DNA of 64,000 nt from the human T2T-CHM13v2.0 reference genome, Homo sapiens, in NCBI RefSeq assembly GCF_009914755.1, contig NC_060947.1; one strand, 5' to 3'. Below the pieces are notes generated by a model, which did no database searches, was not told the DNA's origin, and saw nothing but the letters and a program-made list of their open reading frames with translations. The translations under genes and the position numbers were made by a program. Of the stretch, positions 56,493 to 64,000 are shown one piece after another. The stretch's first letter is position 1; each line of letters opens with the position of its first letter.

Positions 56493-56809
56493 GACCCCAT
56501 GTCACAGAGAAAGCCAGATATAGAATGCTGGCTTTTGGTGCAACAGCACAAAGATGTTTCATTGCAATTTTATGGCAGAAAAAAAAGCAGTCACAATACC
56601 CCTAAATATGGAGGTTCTTTAAATAAGTTACATTACATTGTTAATGTAGAATACTACCCTTCCGTTAGAAATCATGTTGAAGCTTACTGAATACGGAAGA
56701 TGTTTCTGATATACCTGAAGGCCAAAAATAGAAAGAGAAGGGATATTATACAGTATCAATCCAAACAGATACACTTGGGAAGGCAGGTGGACAGTTCTAC
56801 TTCTATCAT

Positions 56810-57810
56810 AGAGTTGCCTCTTAACTATATGAATGTGAATAAATAATTCAATCTATATAAGCTTAACTTTCCTTAACTATAAATGAATGTAAGTATAGTA
56901 CCTACTTCCAAGGGTTGTTGTGATCCTTAAATATATGAAAGCACCGAGCATAGTCATTATTTTTACTTCTACATATTCAGAAAATTTAACCATTACCATT
57001 GTTATCTTACGTTGGTGGTATTTGGGATAACTTTTGTTCTTTCCTTTGTGCTTTATGTTTTCTTCATTAAGAATATATAGCTGTGTGATTAGGTAAGACA
57101 CAAAAAAGAAGTTACTATTTAAAAAAATGAGAAAGGAGAAGAATTTAGAGAATTTATTTGAACCCATTGAAAATGATTAAAAGAGTAGAAAATGTTAGAG
57201 GTGAATATTTAGAAGAGAAAGCTGAAAAATAGCAAAAATAGAAACTAAATGGTATTTAATAGAGATAGGTGCCTGTCTGTTCTCTAAGTTAATGTGATGA
57301 AAAGAGGAAATGGATGTAATTATACCTAATTAAAATCCTTCCTGTGATGATGGAGGAAATTACAAAATAAGAAGTGGTTAAAAAGGTGAGCCTTAGAATC
57401 ACAGGGCTATCCTGCAATTTTTGGTCCTGCCGCTAAGTAATTGTATGACCTTGATTAAAGTTATTTTATTTCACTAAGCCTTGATTTCCTTGTTTATTAA
57501 TTGCAGATGAGCTAATACATATAAAGATAGTGCAGCCTCTGGCACAATGTATTCTCTCAGTAAGTGTGACCTTCAGTTAATAAACATCCTGTGCACCGAA
57601 TGAAAAAGGATTCGGAGTCTGTCAACAAAGGTTTAGTCTCAGTTCTGCCATATATACTCAGGGCAAGCCACTACCCTTCTGTGAGCTGGGGTTCATTATC
57701 TGTAAAATAGAAAAAAGTACTGTTTGCCCTATCTCCTTTCCAGTGCTTGTATGTAGATCAAGTGATATAAATAGTGTGAACATTCTTTGGAAAATATAAA
57801 GCCATTTATA
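56810..57810 (+). mobile_element. Cluster of MIR/MIR3 relics
   Basis: Cores such as gtaattgtatgaccttgattaaagttatt...agccttgatttccttgt and gggcaagccactacccttctgtgagctggggttcattatctgtaaaatag. Confidence 0.55.
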
Positions 57811-60800
57811 ATATAAGTATTATTTACATGAATTACCCATGTCATATTAGTAATGTACCAGGACTTCTGTTCACACTCGAGGTTGTTATCAAATAATACA
57901 GCATCCCTTTCTAAGTCATAGAACATGACTTTATTGAGTGAAGTGTTTAAACAATGTGGCTCATCTTAAGAAGGCTTCTCAATTACTTAGAATATTTTTA
58001 TATTTAAATGTGTTATTTTTGTTTAAAATTCCCTGATGAAAATTGTTTAACATGACTTAAGAAAAGTGATGTCAAATATGTGTTTAGTGTATGTATGAAT
58101 GAATGAATGATAGAGTGAAGACATCAGCTTTCTATTGTTTTACCATTGAGCAATGCTATATTGATTTCAGGTATTTTAGAGCCTGGTCTATCAACCTGAA
58201 AAAAAAAACAAAACTGTTAAGCAATTAACTGGTAGCAGAGACAGAGAGTTTGAATAATTCAGGTGATTTGGGAACCTTAAACTACCCAAATTAGGACAGC
58301 TTGTCTCTAATTCATTTAATACATATTTAGTTCTTCATTTCATTTTTTCTGAAGGAATCTTTATTGTTGTAAGATAAATTATTTCCTCGAATTGCATCTA
58401 GAAAATCATTCTTAAGGTTATCAGACAGCTAGAAGAAAAATACTCTCCAGCATAATTTTCTGTTCATAATGAATAAGTAAGCTGGAAAAAAATTCCTATT
58501 CTATGATAACCAAATTTACTTAGCAAAGTGACCTGGAAAACAGAAACCATCTATTTTCAGTTACTCTGGAGGGACCACAAGTCCACGAGAACATTCTTAG
58601 CATGTGCTTGGTTTCCAATAATCAGGAATTGTACAAAAATGGAAACGTTCTGTTATTTCAGGAAAATATCTTGGTCAGCTGAATAGTGTTGTAAAATGTA
58701 GTTAGTAGTGAATAATTACTGAAGCAAGATTTAATCATTCTTTTTTGAAAATAAGTAAAAATAGAAAATCGAGGTTAAGGAACAGATCACATAGGTGAAG
58801 TGAACTGTAGGAGTATCTAGAATTTAACACAGCTCCAAATTTAATCAATTCATTTTACTTGCAGTAAATATTTTCCCAACTCATTTTTCTCCCTTGACTA
58901 TATTGAGACCAAAATGCTATAACTTACATGCATAAAATTTCTGGTGATGTGGGTCTCCAATTTCTGGATATCTGAAGATTAATGCTGTCACATTTGAATG
59001 TTTAATCAGTACCTTTTCAAATTTTGACAAATACTTCTATGGTTTGGGGCAATTCTATGACTTCAAATTTTGAGTACTTTTTCTATACATAGCATAGAGT
59101 TTAAGTGTTAGTTTATTTTAAAATTTGCATTTCCTGTGCAGTCTGTAACTTCATGCTTTTAGAATTCAGTCCAGGACAACTACTACATTTGTACTGGAGG
59201 TCTCTTCCTTAATCTTGATTGCCCTATTCAGTTGTTTGTGTTCCTCAAAGGAACTAGTTGGCTTTTATCTCTGAGATACAGGCAGAAGCTGAAAGCAGTG
59301 ACTTTAGAAACAATGATTTTGGGAAAAAAAAAAAAAGGAACTTCCTGGGGTAAAGAAACTCAGGATATTTCAACATACAGAGAGTTTTTTGACAATGGCT
59401 CAAATTGTCATGACACAATGATTAGGAAACATTGCTAAGATATTAATTAGTCTTTCAATATATTCATGGTAGAACTTGCTTGTCTAACTCTGCTTAGTAA
59501 AAATAGGTAAATTGCTTCAGGGCTTTTCTTTTGATGGGATGAATGGTAATATTCATGTGAATGTCTGTTCCTTAGATTTTACAGTTTTATAGCCAAGGAT
59601 AATAAACAGCAAGAGTTAGGACCTCAATGGCATTCACATGTCCAAAACATTTAGCAGACACTCGCTAGAACCTGGGGATTCAGGATGAGCAGCGCCACTG
59701 GGATTACTACCACTAGACTATACACTACAAGGATTTGTTTATTGTAATCTATCCAACAGCTTTCCTTGAATATTTAGCAGCACGATCACTTCCCAGGACA
59801 GGTTGCCATTCACAACATTGATTAGTGGTGCAACTGGTTTTCCACCGACCTATTTCTCTGCCATGCTTTTTTGATAGAACAGCCACCATTCTGACAATAA
59901 TGATGAGACCCAAAATAGAAAGAGGAAAAAGAATTTCAAAATTGAAGTTTGTTAAAGGTTCTCTCTTATTTTCACAACTGCATTATTTGAAATTCTCACC
60001 TTCAACCATCTTAATGTTGTTCTTTGTGGCAAATAAGCTGCTTTGTTTTTGAGCCTCTTCACAGTACCCACGAAAGAAGACACATGTAAAGATAGAACTG
60101 AGTCTGAGAGGCACTTTCTATTACTGAAGCAAACACAATTTGAAATTACTTGCGATTCCATCAAAGAAAATATTTAGTTAATGCAGTCTAGATGCTTGGA
60201 AAGCATACCTATTTCCTTTCTTTCCTACATGGTGTTAGAAATTGGTGACCATTTTTATTAGACATCATTTAAAATATCACCAACAAATTATTTTCCAATA
60301 TTCCAGACATGTTTGAATTTTAACATTTTGTGGAGTTTCATGACTCAACACAATCAAGTTTAAGACTCTATTGCAATCCATTTATGCAATTAAATTCTGA
60401 ACTTTGTTTATGCTGAACTTTTCTTTCAAAATTTGTGACCATTTGGTAGCACGTTTTAAGACTGTTTTATTACTACTGTAATATTAACAATGCTACAAGA
60501 TATCCATGCTAAGATAGTATCATAGCAGCAGACTGAAAAATGTCCTAGAAACCAGATCTACGTGATAAGATTGATAATTCAATTAAAATTTTTTGGTATA
60601 TTTCAAATAAAGTATCTGCCCTGGGACAAGTCACTCAAAGGAAATGCAAAAACTAACTAAATACCAGCACTATTAATGACTAAAGAAATAGAATAATAAC
60701 ATTGACACAATAAGACACAATAACCTGTAACTAAGAGGGATAGTGTGAAGGCTGAATGAAATAACATTTTTATGCAAATAAAGGGAATAAAGACTAGTTT

Positions 60801-61339
60801 GCTTCTCTCAATTTTGTTTTTCCTATACCCTTCTGCAAAGAATGTCCTTCTTCCTTGGATTCTAATGTTTTGGGATGAGGGTGGGGAAAGAAAGAAAATT
60901 AGTTTGAGTATGATACATTTAAAAAATAAATTATTTATTGTAATGTCATGTATTTGTTAAAGACAAAATTGTTTCAATGAAATGACAACCTTAAAAACCG
61001 AATAATAATAGATGAATTCTAGTTGAGTGCTAGCTAATTTCTTACCTGAATAACCTTCTTTTATTGTTATACAAACATGCTGAGATAAGCACTATTACCA
61101 TAGTCCATTGTACAAAGGTGAATAATGAGCCTCAGAGATTATGTAATTTGACATGATCATAAAACCTGGATTTGAATCCAGTTCTCTCCATGTACAGCAT
61201 ATACTCATAACTCCCATGGAGACAGCCTCTCAACAAAAAGAAAATGTGTTTATTTAGTAAGAAAAATGAGGTTGTAATTTTGCTGAAATTGATTGCTCAA
61301 AGAGCAATCAAAGACAAAGTAGTAAAATCCCTCAGACAG

Positions 61340-61700
61340 ATTTGTTGATGAAAACCAGGAATATTTTAGCCCTGAAAAGAGAAGAGTTGTGTGCAAGAGG
61401 TAATAGCTAGCTTTAGATGTGTGTTAGTCTCTCAAAAGAAAAAAAAATTATTTTGGGTATTTGCTTTAGTAGGATCCTTCAGACCTACTATAATCAAAGG
61501 ATTAAAGTTACAGTAAGGTAAATGTTAGCTGAATGCAGCAAAACAAAACAAAACCTTCCAACAAACAAAGCTGCCCAAAGATGTCAAAGTTCAAGGAGAG
61601 ACAGGAAGACACTATTAGAGATGTTATAACTAATTTAGGTAACCTTTTCTTCCAGTTGAAGGTGTATCTAAAAGCCCCTCCAACCTTTGGAAATTATGAT
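61340..61700 (+). mobile_element. L3/CR1 LINE 3' relic
   Basis: tttagccctgaaaagagaagag...taatagctagctttagat...aaagttacagtaaggtaaatgttagctgaat resembles the CR1 3' ORF end. Confidence 0.5.
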
Positions 61701-62459
61701 CTCCTGTTATATTTACAGAATCCTGAACTTTATGTCATTGGTTCCTTAGACAAAAAGTTACCAATAAAACAAATTACTGTAACAATACCAGATCAGATGA
61801 GATTGGGCGTGTTCAGGTGGTATGGCACTGTCAGCTTTAAAAAAATGTGTCATTTGTGATGATTCTTCCCCCTCATTCTAAGTAAATATCCACTTTTTAT
61901 CCCTAAAAAGATCATCAAAATTTGGAAAGTAATTTATACCATAATTTCATAACAGTTTATATAGAGTACAGTTTGTGGTATATCCTAACCTATGAAGGTA
62001 TTTTAAGGGTTCCCCTCATCACAAACTTCTACCATTATATGGTTGTTCAAGTATGAATCAGAGACACACATTTAGTAAGGAATGTTACTTGTAGTGGAAA
62101 GTGTAAATGTTTACAACTCATTTCTTTCTGGTATATACATTCTTAATTTTTCCCTCCAATTTTTCTTTTCTTTCTTCTATGTCATTTGGTGCAGTAGGAT
62201 AGGCCCAGGATTGTCTTCTGCCTAGAAATCCCAACCTGCCCCCTTTTCATAGCCTAACAGGGCTAGCGATAATGTATCATAGAAAAGAAACAGGGAATGG
62301 GAGGCTTATTCCTGTTGTACTTGAAGCTTTTCTCACTAAAACTCTTTATACCTACTTTTCCAAAGTATCTTCAGCCATTAGAATGCCAACATCGGGGAAT
62401 GCCAAGATTATGCTCTATTGCTTGTTTAAACTAAAATTGGAGTGGAAAAAAAATGGATC

Positions 62460-62635
62460 CTCTAGTTTAGTTAATAACAATGTATCAATGTCAGTAGTTT
62501 GGATGAATGTACCATGATTACATAAGATGTTAAAAATCGAAGAAACTGAGTATGGGATATATGGGACTCTTTGTACTATCTTTACAACTTTCCTGTATGT
62601 CTAAAATTATTCCAAAATAAAAACTTTATTTAAAT
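62460..62635 (+). mobile_element. Short 3' end of an ancient L1 (L1MC/MD/ME type)
   Basis: tatatgggactctttgtactatctttacaactttcctgtatgtctaaaattattccaaaataaaa. Flanked by aatggatc at 62452-62459 and 62636-62643 (possible target-duplication remnant). Confidence 0.7.
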
Positions 62636-63714
62636 AATGGATCTTTTTAAAACTCACCTATAATCTAGCTCAATTTATCAGTATAGACGATCATGTAGGA
62701 ATTTGAGATGTAAATCTCAGTTAGAACTACTGCACATTTTCCTGTACTTGCTTAAAAAACAAGGAGCTGATATTAGATGGGGAATTCTGGGTAGTTAAAT
62801 AATTCCTTATTGTATGCATCTCTTTTTCCCTTGGGTACCCATGTTGGACAAAGGAGGTTGGGACAGAAGGAACACAAGTGAGGAATAAAGATGGTGATGC
62901 ACTTATTTTTACATCTGCATCCCCCTAAAACCAACATGTCAAGAGTGCTTAATCTGACTGACTTCATGCTGGTTGGGAAAGAAATTAAAAATTCTAGAAT
63001 GCACTGAGCACTCAAAGTGTTAATCAGCAACTTGGACCTTCTAGCCTTGGTCATCAATTACACTGAGTATCTCAGCTGACCCAGAAAATTTTTGATTTAA
63101 TACAAAATGGGCAGCTTTAGAAAACTTACATTTGTACATACTCAAGTTTATATAGTAAGTTATTCTCATTATCACTTTCTGTGAATGAGTTTGGCTGCTG
63201 TTCTTGAAGTATACCAGCATTACAATGGAAGCAAAATATTCTGCTATTAGGCACATATAAAAGACTCAAATACTAAAAACATATCTTTTGTTAAAAGGAA
63301 ACAACAAACCTATTCAGGCTAGAGATGTACTCCACAAATGAGGTCAAGATAATCCCCATATTGCCAAAGTATTTTCAAGGATGACAGCTTCCCCCTAGCT
63401 CTCCTGAAGATGTGTAAGTTATCTCACAGATAAATGCCTCTCAAAATGCTAAACTCAAGTCTATAAAGAGGAATTAAGAGAACTTGATTAAAATGAAAAG
63501 AAAAAGGTAGGAAAGTGGAGGTTGCTTTAGTTGGATAAAATCAGTAGAGAGCTTGCCTTGTTGGCCAGCAGAGAGGACCAAGAGAGGTGTGTCACTGGGA
63601 GACAAGCTATAGAGCTATATTCTGTTGTGTTGCTTGGAAGGAATCCCAGGAAGATAAAAAGATTAAAGAGACTGGGCTCTGAAACTGAATATAGTGTTTG
63701 TCTCTGCTTTCTAG

Positions 63715-63785
63715 GAGAAGCCCTGGGAGAATGCAGTCCACAGGGGTCTTTACAGTGTTCCATAATCAACTATTTCTTGAACAAG
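63715..63785 (+). other. Candidate 71-nt exon in unique DNA
   Basis: Acceptor gtttgtctctgctttctag and donor aag|gtaatt. Motif evidence only. Confidence 0.3.
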
Positions 63786-64000
63786 GTAATTTTTACTTAC
63801 TTATGACTGCTCCTATGACTGATAACTTGCTTACAGAGTAAAGGGAGGGTGAGCAGACACAGAGGCTGCACTGCACTGATACTGTAGATGGTTTGTGTAG
63901 ATGTAGAAAGAAAACAAAATTGAGATTATTCAATTTACCAATAAAGAATTGTTAGACATTTTGAGGTTGGTTCCAAGAAGGGAGAATGGAAGTAGGATAG

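Noticed and set aside
61533-61859. 108-aa ORF in apparently unique DNA
   Set aside because: It overlaps an L3/CR1 relic, has no recognisable domain and has a length compatible with chance.

Overview
This is primate (probably human or great-ape, given the AluY copies) genomic DNA made up mostly of interspersed repeats. I see no intact cellular gene, RNA gene or CRISPR array. All sizeable ORFs in the track are decayed L1, ERV, MaLR or Alu fragments, or chance ORFs. The main structure is a four-level nest at 4771-31090. An old L1MC is split by a full-length L1MA4A-like LINE (5283-29750). That LINE carries an Alu, a two-LTR HERV-L/MLT2A1 provirus (minus strand, GGATC target duplication) and a two-LTR MER50-like provirus (plus strand), and the latter carries a THE1C MaLR and an Alu. 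Elsewhere are two L1PA15/16-like LINEs, a full-length L1PA8A-like LINE inside a THE1 LTR, solo LTRs, Alus, and MIR/L3 relics. The best leads are: two 5' LTRs placed head-to-head about 307 bp apart with asymmetric retention of factor-binding motifs; a ~1.6 kb AT-rich minisatellite inside one HERV-L LTR; two templated insertions between LTR and internal sequence; and candidate plus-strand splice signals in unique DNA. Subfamily names come from my memory of consensus sequences, not from a database search. I cannot support a claim of a new biological system from this sequence alone.
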